From contig CAVVMW010000019.1 of the NCBI GenBank assembly GCA_963749495.1, positions 192,001-256,000 of the forward strand: DNA of 64,000 nucleotides, given 5' to 3'. The DNA comes from an uncultured bacterium (GTDB taxonomy: Bacteria > Verrucomicrobiota > Verrucomicrobiia > Limisphaerales > UBA8199). The notes under the pieces were generated by a model. That model was given only the letters and a program-made list of their open reading frames with translations, searched no databases and was not told the origin of the DNA. A program made the translations under genes and the position numbers. Positions 10,786 through 20,900 of the stretch are shown here, piece by piece; the first letter of the stretch is position 1; every line of letters begins with the position of its first letter.

Positions 10786-12192
10786 ATGCGAAAGCCATTT
10801 TCTGATCACGCGAATTCCCCCGGTTCCCCTGCCACCATTGAGTCCGTCCCGGCCACGCCGATTTGCCGGCGGGCGTTCCTGGCGCACTCGGCGGCCATTG
10901 CGGCCTTGGCGGTCGTGCCCAGGCACGTCTTGGGCGGGCCGGGCAACGTTTCCCCGAACGAAAAGCTCAACCTGGCCGGCATCGGCATCGGCGGCCAGGG
11001 CGCCAGTGACCTGGCCGAGCTGAAGAGCGAGAACATCGTGGCCCTCTGTGATGTGGATTGGGCCTACGCCGCCCACACGTTCAACGAGTATCCGAAGGCC
11101 AAAAAGTACCGGGATTTTCGCGTCATGCTCGAGCAGGAGAAGGGCATCGATGGCGTGGTCATCGGCACGCCCGATCACATCCATGCGGTGGCGGCGATGG
11201 CGGGCATCCAGCACGGCAAGCATGTGTATTGCGAGAAACCGCTCACGCGCACGGTCTTCGAGGCGCGGGCCCTGGCCAAAGCCGCCCTCGAGGCCAAGGT
11301 CGCCACCCAGATGGGCAACCAGGGCATGGCCTTCGAGGGCAACCGCCTGATCAATGAATGGCTGGCCGACGGCGCCATCGGCCCCGTGCGGGAGGTCCAT
11401 GTCTGGTCCGACCGGCCCACGCACCGCGGCAAGCTCCCATTGTATTGGGCACAGGGCATCGAGCGGCCCAAGGAGACCCCGCCCGTGCCCGAGACGCTCG
11501 ACTGGAACCTCTGGCTGGGCCCCGCCCCGTGGCGCCCGTTTCACACCGCTTATGTCCCATTCAAATGGCGCGGCTGGTGGGATTTCGGCTCGGGCGGCCT
11601 TGGCGACATGGGCATCCACAACCTGGCTCCGGTCTTCTCCGCCCTGAACCTGGGCGCCCTGCTCTCCGTGCATTCCAGTTCGACCGCGGTCTATCCCGAG
11701 ACCCTGCCCGTGGCCTCGGTCGTGCATTACGAGTTCCCCGCCCGCGGCGACCTGCCCCCCGTCAAGCTGCACTGGTACGATGGCGGCATCCTCCCGGCCC
11801 GGCCTGATGAACTGGAAGACGGCCGCGAGCTGGACCCGGAGGACGGCATCATCTTCGTGGGCGACAAGGCCAAGATGCTCGTCAAGGGGTGGGGCGGCGA
11901 AAGCCCGCGCCTCATCCCTGAAAAACGCAACCAGGAATACAAACGCCCCCCGAAGACCCTGCCCCGCTCGATCGGCCATCACAAGGAGTTCCTGGCCGCC
12001 TGCAAGACCGGCTCGCCTACACGCTCCAACTTCGGCTTCGCAGGCCCGCTCACCGAGGCCGTCCTCCTGGGCACCCTCTCCGTCCGGCTCGGCGGCGAGA
12101 AGCTCTATTGGGACGCCGAGAAACTGCGCACCGACAACGACGAGGCCAACGCCCTGCTGCACTACAAGTATCGCGAGGGGTGGACGTTGTGA
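10786..12192 (+). CDS. Tat-exported Gfo/Idh/MocA oxidoreductase
   Basis: RRAFL signal, GIGIGGQG, HVYCEKP, GGLGDMGIH. Confidence 0.92.
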   Translation: MRKPFSDHANSPGSPATIESVPATPICRRAFLAHSAAIAALAVVPRHVLGGPGNVSPNEKLNLAGIGIGGQGASDLAELKSENIVALCDVDWAYAAHTFNEYPKAKKYRDFRVMLEQEKGIDGVVIGTPDHIHAVAAMAGIQHGKHVYCEKPLTRTVFEARALAKAALEAKVATQMGNQGMAFEGNRLINEWLADGAIGPVREVHVWSDRPTHRGKLPLYWAQGIERPKETPPVPETLDWNLWLGPAPWRPFHTAYVPFKWRGWWDFGSGGLGDMGIHNLAPVFSALNLGALLSVHSSSTAVYPETLPVASVVHYEFPARGDLPPVKLHWYDGGILPARPDELEDGRELDPEDGIIFVGDKAKMLVKGWGGESPRLIPEKRNQEYKRPPKTLPRSIGHHKEFLAACKTGSPTRSNFGFAGPLTEAVLLGTLSVRLGGEKLYWDAEKLRTDNDEANALLHYKYREGWTL

Positions 12193-12361
12193 CCTGAAAT
12201 CCGAAGTCCAAATCGTGTTCCGGGCGCGCAACAAAACCCGCCGTGCGTTGTTACACCCTGTGGCGGTTAGCAGCGGGCAATACGTGAACAAGGATTGTAA
12301 TCATAATCATAACCCGCCCGCTGCTTGGTTCACGCCGCCATAGCAGAAAGGCGCAGACAAC

Positions 12362-12751
12362 ATGAAAACAGCAACATCCCAAAGCGGAGGTTTCACCCTC
12401 GTCGAGATCATGATCGTGGTGGCCATCATCGGCCTGTTGGCCTCGATCGCCGTGCCCAACTACATGAAATCGCGGCAGCAGGCCCACCAGAAGGCCTGCA
12501 TCAGCAACCAGCAGCAGATTGACGGCGCGATTCAGCGCTGGGCCATGGACCTCAACAAGGCCCAGGGCCAACCGGTGACTTACAGCGATATCAGCAGCTA
12601 CCTCCAGCGCGCGGTCGTGTGCCCCGCGGGCGGCTCGACCTTCCAGGACAGCTACACCATCACGACCGTGGACGCCGCGCCGGTCTGCCAGCGCGTGCCC
12701 TCCGGCCCTTATGCCCACGTGCTCCCGCAGACACTCCAGGGCGGCGGATGA
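12362..12751 (+). CDS. Type IV pilin-like prepilin
   Basis: GGFTLVEIMIVVAIIGLLASIAVP cleavage/methylation motif; CPAGG. Confidence 0.9.
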   Translation: MKTATSQSGGFTLVEIMIVVAIIGLLASIAVPNYMKSRQQAHQKACISNQQQIDGAIQRWAMDLNKAQGQPVTYSDISSYLQRAVVCPAGGSTFQDSYTITTVDAAPVCQRVPSGPYAHVLPQTLQGGG

Positions 12752-12752
12752 C

Positions 12753-12946
12753 GCTAAAGGCTAAAGGCTAAAGGCCGAAGGCCGAAGGCTGAAGTGCGGG
12801 GACGGGGTCCTCTGCATCGTAAGGGCGGATGGGCTGCGCCATCCACCTTTGGCCTCTGCACTTTAGCCTTTAGCCTTTAGCCTTTAGCCTTTAGGTGCGC
12901 CGCCGCGCTTGACTGTGGACTGTGGACTGTGGACTGTGGACTGTGG
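12753..12946. repeat. Inverted (CTAAAGG)n/(CCTTTAG)n heptamer pair followed by (GACTGTG)5
   Basis: Tandem arrays at 12753-12794, 12861-12894 and 12911-12946. Confidence 0.92.
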
Positions 12947-12947
12947 A

Positions 12948-14075
12948 ATGCGGCTGCTGGACCGTTATCTATTGCGCGAACTGCTCATCCCGCTCGGCTA
13001 TTGCCTGAGCGGCTTCCTGATCTTCTGGATAGCGTTCAACCTGGTCGAAAATCTGAACGAATTTCAGAAGAACGGCCTGCGAGGCAAGGACGTGGCGGAG
13101 TATTACCTGGTCCAGGCGCCGGAGATCCTGGTGGTCATCCTGCCGGTGGCCTTGCTGCTGGCCCTGCTCTACACGCTGACCAACCACGCGCGGCACAACG
13201 AGCTGACGGCCATGCGGGTGGCCGGGATGAGCGTGTGGCGGCTCTCGTTGCCCTACCTGGGGGTCGGCCTGGCCATCAGCCTGGCCGCGCTGGCCCTCAA
13301 TGAACTGTGCGTGCCGGACAGCACCGATGCCGCCAAACGCATCCTGGCGCGCCGGCTTGGCGGCGGGGCGCCCAAACCCGGCGAGGCCCGCCGCCTGGCC
13401 GTCAAAAACGAGCGCGACGGCCGCGACTGGATCATCGGCCTCTACAACACGATTACGGGCGAGATGATCAACCCCGTCGTCAAATGGTCCGAGCCCGACG
13501 GCTGTTATCTCCAGATCCATGCCCGGCGCGCCGCCCGCGTCGAAGGCGTCTGGACCTTCTACGACGTGGAGGAATTCCAGACCGACCCGGATTCGGACGA
13601 GCCGCCGGTCAAGCTGCTGGCAACCAATGTGCTGGCCATGCCCGCCTTTTCGGAGACCCCGGAGCAGATCAAGAGCGAGATCAAGATCAGCAACAACCTG
13701 GCCCTGCCGGGCAGCACCAAGACCAAGAAACCGGACATGTCAATTGCCGAGATCCTCGATTACCTGCGCCTGCACCCCAATCCCTTGCCTGCCAATCGCT
13801 GCTGGCTTTACACGAAGCTGCACGGGCGCCTGGCCGCGCCCTGGACCAGCATCGTCGTGGTCCTCATCGCGATTCCGTTCGGCGCCGTTTCGGGCCGGCG
13901 CAACGTGTTCATGGGCGTGGCCGGCAGCCTGGTCATCTGCTTCGCCTATTTCGTGCTGCAGCAACTCACCCTGGCCCTGGGCACCGGAGGCTACGTGCAG
14001 CCCTGGCTGGCGGGCTGGCTGCCCAACCTCTCGTTCGGGCTCATCGGCCTGGGTCTGACGGCGCGCATCCGCTGA
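12948..14075 (+). CDS. LptF/LptG-family LPS export permease
   Basis: MRLLDRYLLRE, HNELTAMRVAGMS, PWLAGWLPN. Confidence 0.92.
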   Translation: MRLLDRYLLRELLIPLGYCLSGFLIFWIAFNLVENLNEFQKNGLRGKDVAEYYLVQAPEILVVILPVALLLALLYTLTNHARHNELTAMRVAGMSVWRLSLPYLGVGLAISLAALALNELCVPDSTDAAKRILARRLGGGAPKPGEARRLAVKNERDGRDWIIGLYNTITGEMINPVVKWSEPDGCYLQIHARRAARVEGVWTFYDVEEFQTDPDSDEPPVKLLATNVLAMPAFSETPEQIKSEIKISNNLALPGSTKTKKPDMSIAEILDYLRLHPNPLPANRCWLYTKLHGRLAAPWTSIVVVLIAIPFGAVSGRRNVFMGVAGSLVICFAYFVLQQLTLALGTGGYVQPWLAGWLPNLSFGLIGLGLTARIR

Positions 14076-14082
14076 GGGTCGT

Positions 14083-15810
14083 ATGAGTGATGAACTGGCG
14101 GAACTGCGGGCGCGGTGCGAGCGGTTGAGCCTGCTCAACCAGGTGGGCAACGTGATACACTCGACGCTGGAGCCGCAGGAGGCGCTGCAGTTGATCCTCA
14201 AGGAAGCGGTGCGGCTCATGCGCGCCTCCAGCGGCTCGATGGTCCTGGTCAATCCCACCACCGGCCTGCTGGAGATCCTCGCTTCTCATGGGCTGCCGCC
14301 GGAGGCCGCCGAGCTGAAGCTGCCGCTGGGCCAGGGCCTGACCGGTTGGGTCGCGCGCACCGGGCGCCCGGCCCGCGTCGGCAACGTTGCCCAGGACAGC
14401 CGCTACGTCCCGTTGCGGCCGGAGGTCCGTTCCGAGCTGGCCGTGCCGCTGGAGGTCAACGGCGAGGTGCGCGGCGTGCTCAACGTGGATTCGGACGCCC
14501 CGGCGGCCTTCAGCGCCGAAGACCAGGCCCTGCTGGAGGCCCTGGCCGCCCCGGCCGCCCGCGTCATTCACAACACCTGGCTTTACGAGCAACTCCGCCT
14601 CAAGGTCGGTCTCTTCGAGTCGCTCTTCACGGTGAGCCAGACGATCAATTCCACGCTCAACCTCGACAACGCCTTCAAGGTGATCACCCAGGAGGCCTGC
14701 GTGCTCATGCGCGGCAAGGTCTGCACGCTGCGGCTGCTGGACGAATCGCGCCAGTGGCTGGACCTGCGCGCCAGTTTTGGCGCCGGCGCCTCCTATTTGA
14801 ACAAACCGCGCCTGGCCGCCGATGAGAGCCTCCTGGGCATCGTCGTCCGGCGCAGGAAGCCGATCCAGATCGAGAACGTGCAGGTCTCCAGCCGCTACCA
14901 GCACGTGGAGGCGGCGCGAGTCGAGGGCCTGGTGGCCCTGCTGAGCGTGCCGCTGCTCTACTCCGGCCAGGCCATCGGCACCTTGAGCGTCTATACCGGC
15001 CAGCCCTACAGCTTTTCCAACGAGGAGATTCGCATCCTTTCCGCCCTGGCCGAGCTCTCCGCGATTGCCATCCAGAAGGCGCGGCTTTACGAGCGGGTCG
15101 TGGACGTGGAAGAGCGGTTGCGCTCGAACGAGAAGCTGGCGGCGCTGGGACTGCTGGCAGCCGAGGTCGCCCATGAAATCCGCAACCCGCTCACCGTCAT
15201 GAACATGCTCTACCACTCGCTGGACCTGAAGTTCCCCGAGAGCGACCCCCGCGCCAAAGACGCCCGCATCATCGCCCAGCAGATCGAGCACCTCAACGGC
15301 ATCGTCGAGCAGATCCTCGATTTTGCCCGCACCACCGAGCCCCGGTTCACGCCGGTGGACCTCAACGAGTTGATCGAAGAACTGGGGCTTCTGGTCCGCC
15401 ATAAGCTCAAGCACCAGAACGTCCAGCTCGAACGCAAGCTCGACCCCGCCTTGCCGCGCGTCCTGGGCGACGCCCCGCAACTTGAACAGGCCTTTCTCAA
15501 CCTCATCCTCAACGCCGCCCAGGCCATGCCCGCAGGCGGCACCCTCACCGTCACCTCCCGTTCCCTCTCCGCCCCGCGCCGCGCCCGGCGCCCCACCCAC
15601 GTGGCCGTCGAGTTCACCGACACCGGCCCGGGCATGGCCCAGGAACAGCGGCGCCGCGCCTTCACCGCCGTCTTGAACACCACCAAGGCCGCCGGCACCG
15701 GCCTGGGCCTGGCCATTGTCGGCCGCGTCGTCCAGACCCACCACGGCAAGGTCAAGATCAAGTCCCCGCCCGGGGGAGGGACCACGGTGACGATCCTTCT
15801 GCCGGTGTGA
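14083..15810 (+). CDS. GAF-GAF sensor histidine kinase
   Basis: Two GAF domains; AHEIRNPL H-box; NLILNAAQA, DTGPG, GTGLGL. Confidence 0.93.
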   Translation: MSDELAELRARCERLSLLNQVGNVIHSTLEPQEALQLILKEAVRLMRASSGSMVLVNPTTGLLEILASHGLPPEAAELKLPLGQGLTGWVARTGRPARVGNVAQDSRYVPLRPEVRSELAVPLEVNGEVRGVLNVDSDAPAAFSAEDQALLEALAAPAARVIHNTWLYEQLRLKVGLFESLFTVSQTINSTLNLDNAFKVITQEACVLMRGKVCTLRLLDESRQWLDLRASFGAGASYLNKPRLAADESLLGIVVRRRKPIQIENVQVSSRYQHVEAARVEGLVALLSVPLLYSGQAIGTLSVYTGQPYSFSNEEIRILSALAELSAIAIQKARLYERVVDVEERLRSNEKLAALGLLAAEVAHEIRNPLTVMNMLYHSLDLKFPESDPRAKDARIIAQQIEHLNGIVEQILDFARTTEPRFTPVDLNELIEELGLLVRHKLKHQNVQLERKLDPALPRVLGDAPQLEQAFLNLILNAAQAMPAGGTLTVTSRSLSAPRRARRPTHVAVEFTDTGPGMAQEQRRRAFTAVLNTTKAAGTGLGLAIVGRVVQTHHGKVKIKSPPGGGTTVTILLPV

Positions 15811-15853
15811 TAGAGCGCGCCGCGCGCATCTGCCGGGTACCCCCGCGGGAGAG

Positions 15854-16076
15854 GCAACCCGGAGGGTTGCCAGAAGGAAGCCGGGGGTCGCGGCCTCGCC
15901 GCGACCCCCGGTTGACTGCGTCGAGGGCCCTGCACCCCGGATGGGGTGCCAGAAAGGAGCGTCCGTGCGGGTGAGCCTCTGGCATCCCTCCGGGATGCAA
16001 ACGCACAGCGCCGTTGAACCGGGGGTCTCGCAACGCTTCGACCCCCGGCTACCTTCTCTCATCCCTCCGGGATGAA
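15854..16076. repeat. REPIN family B (near-identical to 31301-31523)
   Basis: CAACCCGGAGGGTTGCCAGAAGG..CCGGGGGTCGCGG mirrored by GACCCCCGGCTACCTTCTCTCATCCCTCCGGGATG. Confidence 0.9.
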
Positions 16077-16203
16077 GCTGGGAAGCCGCAGTCACGTGCC
16101 GTCGCTTTCCCCAAGCTGGTGGCGATGTCGAGATGCGCCCGAGCACCCTGGCTGGAAGCTCTTACCCTTGACGCCCTCTGGCTGGAGCGCAAAGATTGCC
16201 GGC

Positions 16204-17657
16204 ATGAAGCTGACAACCCAGGCATCCCGCGGCCCCTTACCCCTGGCCCTCTGGCTTCTGTGGGCCTGCGCGGCGGCGCTCGGGGCGGCGGAGGCCTCCG
16301 GCCCCGGGACCTTCTACCTCCCGGCGGACCCGAAATACACGATCGTGCAGTCCGCCATGGATTCGGTCCGGTTTACGCTCACAAGGACGCTCGAGCCAGA
16401 CGCGCGCGGCCACCTGGTCTCGACCTCCAGCTTTGTCGATCCCGAGGGCCGTGTGATGAGCTGGCACGACTTCGGCAATCTCGAGGGTCCGGGCTGGGCC
16501 GCCAACGCGCTGGGCGGGGCCTGGGAGATTTACGCCCTGGGCGCATTCCTGGGCAAACGCGAGTGGCAAAGCAATGCGCTGGGGGTGCTGGACCACGTGC
16601 TGGAAGGCGGTTTCGTGGACGACCAGAGCGGGTTCATTCGCGGTTACCGCGAGACTGCCTCGGGGGAGTTCTGCCTCAACTACAAGCACAACTCCGATTG
16701 GTTCTGCCCGGGCTCGATGGCCAAGATAGCGTTCCAGCTCCTGGGCTTCGCGGACGACCTGGGCCGCGACCCGCGGGCCAAACGGATGCGCGCCATCGCG
16801 GTGCGGTGCGCCCAATGGCTCCAGGAGCGCGTCGAACCGGTGCCCAATGGCTGGTTCCCCCGCCGGACCGACCCCGCCGGCAAGACGTACCGCAAATCGC
16901 CCGACGGCGGCAACGACCCTTTCTGGCAGACCTCCGCCGACGGCTTGTTCATCGTGCAGTTGCAGACGGCCCTCACGCAGCGGAGACTGGCCGATTACAG
17001 GGACTCGGTCGAGGCCAGGGCCAAGGTCTTCATGGGCGCCGGCGGCATCTTCGGCAGCATCAACCATGACACCTATGACGCGCTCGAAAACGTGGCCTGC
17101 TCGGTGGCCTTTCGCACCTGGCTCCCGGCCTCGGGTCTGCTCGAGGATGCCGCGCTCCGGCAGTTTGCGTTCGACCGCTGCCTGGGCGCGCTCGACCTGT
17201 TCAAGATGCGCGAGGACCGCAACGGCGTCCGCACCCGGGGACTGCTCTACATGGAGAAATCCTGGGACACCGCTTATTTGTGGGAGAACGCCGAGGCCGC
17301 CCTCGCCCTCTTCGAGGCTGCGCTGGACACGCGGAAGACCCACCCGGACCGCAGCCGCCAATACGAATTGGACGGCCTGGTCATACTCAGGGCCATCGCC
17401 AAACATCACTACGGCCCCCACGGATTTCTGACCGAGGGTGTGGACTGGAACGACCACGTTGGCCAGCAACATCACATTGATGGGGTCAAATATGCCGCCA
17501 TCCGTTACACCGAGCCTTTCCTCAACAACCAGCACATCGTCGAGCCGACCTCTTCTATCTGAAGCACCTGGCCCGCAAGGAACGACAGGGTAATTCCACC
17601 CGTTTCCTGGACTTCGAGGGAAACCAGTTGCTGGACATGGGCCCGCGCCCGGACTGA
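16204..17657 (+). CDS. Secreted hypothetical protein, possible (alpha/alpha)-barrel glycan enzyme; probable frameshift near 17550
   Basis: Signal peptide; W/D/E/H-rich helical body; alternative frame continues ..LFYLKHLARKE..GPRPD* to 17657. Confidence 0.7.
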
Positions 17658-17658
17658 C

Positions 17659-17711
17659 ATTCATCATTCGTCATTCGTCATTTCTCACTCCGCACTCCGC
17701 ACTCCGCACTC
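17659..17711. repeat. Adjacent (ATTCGTC)n and (CACTCCG)n heptamer arrays
   Basis: Visible tandem 7-mers. Confidence 0.85.
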
Positions 17712-17900
17712 GATGAGCCCTCGGTTGCGGCTTGACGCTATCCCGTCGAGACCCCTAAACTCTGGTGCAATGGACGGAACCCGTTTAGTGGAAAGGCCGC
17801 ACCTTGAGCCGCTGGAGATCGCTAGTGTGATTTCGGAGCGACAGGGGGCGGGGCTTTTGCCGCCCATTAGAGTCAGTATTACCTCGAAACTTATCTGCTT

Positions 17901-20900
17901 ATGCGAAGAACTATTCTACCAACAGTCGCCCTGCTTGCCGGGGTCCTGGCGGCCCCGGCGAGTGTCACTGTGCAGGGCTGGTGGCACTTGGACAGTATCC
18001 AGCCCATCAACGATTCGAGTGGCAACAACCGGACCTTCGGCTCGGCCTACTCGACCGCCCCGGCTACGGGCGGGTCGGTGGCGGCCCAACTCATCAACAA
18101 CGGGGTGGGCGGGCCGCTGGATGGCACAGGCTGGACGAGCACCGAGTGCATCAGGGTCGGCGTCGGAGTTGGCGCCAAGCGCCAAAGCTCGATGTGGGGC
18201 CTCGGTTACAATCCCCCGGCCCAGAATTTCGGAATCGAGGTGTGGGCATTGCCGCAAGACAACGGCATCGCCGGCGGTAGCGGTGGCTGGATCTTTTCGT
18301 CCGGTTCGTCGGGCGGCGTCGCCTTGCGCATCAACGCCCCCAGCGGCAGCCCATCGTATATTGACGCCTATGACGTGCAGAGCGGCATGACCATTGGCAA
18401 CCAGGCGCTGATCGATACCAATCGGTGGACGCACCTGGCCATCGTCAATGCGGGTGGTGTCACCACCTTCTACACCAACGGCATTCCCTGCGGGCCCAGC
18501 CAGACCAATGCCACCTCCGCCTCAGCCGGGGATGCCTATATGATGTCTGCGCCGGGCGACAACCAGGCCTATTATGGGTTCCTGGACGAGGCCCGCATGT
18601 TCACCTTCGCCGCCGGGGCCTTCTCGACCAACGACCTGCTGCTTCGGACCTCCAGCGGGCCGACGGTCATCACCCAGCCCCAGAGCGCCTCGGTCTGGAT
18701 CGGCGGCGCGGCGCCCTTTAGCACCGTCACCTCGTTCGATAACTCGCTGCTCTTCCAATGGATGCGCGGGGGCTCGAATATCGCCGGCGCCACCGACGCC
18801 ACATACATCCTGCCGGTGGTTGCCGCGCCCGACAACGGCAGCACCTTCGATTGCAAAGTGAGCTCAGGCAGCCTCTCGGTAACGAGTGCTCCGGCCACGC
18901 TGACGGTGGTGACGCCCAACGCGTCGAACGTCGCGGCCTATCGCAGCGCAGTGACCTCGGAGTCCAGCCTGGTGGCCTATTTCCCAGTGGACAATTGCAC
19001 CGGCACGGTCCTCACCAACGTGGTGGACGCCAACTACAACGGGATTGTGGAGAATGGCGCCGGCTACGATGGCCGCACCAATATTTCGTTTGGCCAGCGC
19101 GCCCTCTCGTTCGACCTGGTCGGGGACGTGCAGGTGCCGAACAAGCCCGACTATAGTTTCCCGAACGGCAATGGCACCCTTGAAGCCATGGTCTATCTGA
19201 ACCAGGGAACCGTGTCCCCGCCCGCTATCTTCGCGTTGGCGGAGGATGGCGGCACCCCGTATTACGCATTGCTCGCCTCGGCGAACGGGAGTTTCCTGAT
19301 TTATACGAACGCCAACGCTCTGCTCACCTGGCCCGTCCCCGGCGGGCTCATCGGCCGGTTCATCCATGTTGCCCTCGTGTTCGACAACGGCACTAACGTG
19401 ACGCCTTTCATCAACGGCCAGCCTTTGGGCACCCAGACCCAAGCCGGGTTCGGAGGCTTCGAAGGGCCGTTCTGGATCGGCGCCGCCGGGTCCATTGCGG
19501 ACGCCAACAACTGGGCAGGGACCATCAATGAAGTGGCCATCTACGGCACCGCCTTGTCCCAGGGCGACATTCAAGGCCATTATACGAAGTACGTTTACGG
19601 CACCAATGTGGCCCCGCCGTCGATCGCCAGCCAGCCCAGTTCAAAGACCATGCTGGCCGGCGGTTCCCCGACGCTTCTGGTGAGCGTGTCCGGGGCGTTG
19701 CCCTTTGCTTACCAATGGACCTCGAACGGCGTGCCCATCGCGGGGGCGACCTCGTCCTCTCTCACGCTTTCCCAGACCAAGACCAGCTATAGCGCGACCT
19801 ATGCCTGCACCATCACCAACGTCTTTGGCGCAACCAACACGCAGCCCATCATCCTGACCTTCCAAGCCCCGCCGGCCGGTTACATCTCCAAGGTCATGAG
19901 CGACAACCCGACCGCCCTCTGGCGCCTGGCCGATACGGCAGGGCCGACCGTTGTGGATTCCGCCGGGCTCTATGACGGCGCTTACACATCGAGCGGCGTC
20001 ACTTACGCCGTCGGCGGCTTCCCCGGGGACACCAATGCCGGCGCCCGCTTCGACGGCTCCTCCGGCCGCGCCATCATCCCCAATTCCTCCGCCTTCAACC
20101 CCAACGGCCCCTTCACCATCGAATTCTGGGGCAGCCTCTCCAGCTACGGCTTCTATGTCCCTCTCGGTTCCATGGACCGGCCCGCCCGCACCAGTGGCTA
20201 TGAGTTCTACATCAATGGCAACAGCGCCGGCTACGAATTCCATACCGCGGCCGGCGGCGGTTACAACATGATTTGCGCGGACGACCACGTCCCTGCAAAC
20301 GGCGCCTGGGCCCACGTGGTGGGTGTCTATGACACGACCAACATCTATCTCTACGTTAACGGCCAACTCGGCGACATCCAGGAGGACCCGCCGCTGCCGG
20401 CAGGCGTCGATAACTGGATCACGGAAGGCGCCCCGCCCTTCAACCCCAACACCTCATCGCCGTTTTACATCGCCTCCCGGAGTGACAACACCCATTACTT
20501 CGATGGCACGCTCTGCGACATCGCCTTCTATAATTACGCGCTCACCCCGGAGCAAATCCAGGCCCACTGGAGCTACGGCTGGGTGGCCGCACAGGCAACG
20601 CAGTCGCCCTCGGGTACGACGAACACCGAAGGGGCGACCATCGCCCTCACCGCGGCCGTCATCGGGGTGCCCAACAGTTATCAATGGTACAAGGGCACCA
20701 CCCCCCTGGCCGATTCGGCTAACCCTGACGGCACCGCGCACTACCCGCAGGACGTGACCAACCTCACTTTGGTCATCTCCCAGGCGGTGCCTGGTGACTC
20801 AGGCACCTATCACATGGTCGCCTCCAACCCGGTGGGCAACGCCACCACTGCCAATGCCACCGTGCTGGTCCTGGCGGACACCAACCCGCCGGCGGTCTCG

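Noticed and set aside
17715..17900. Riboswitch upstream of the large LamG/PA14 gene
   Set aside because: Only a possible TTGACG-18-TAAACT promoter and a short hairpin are visible; no aptamer consensus I can support.
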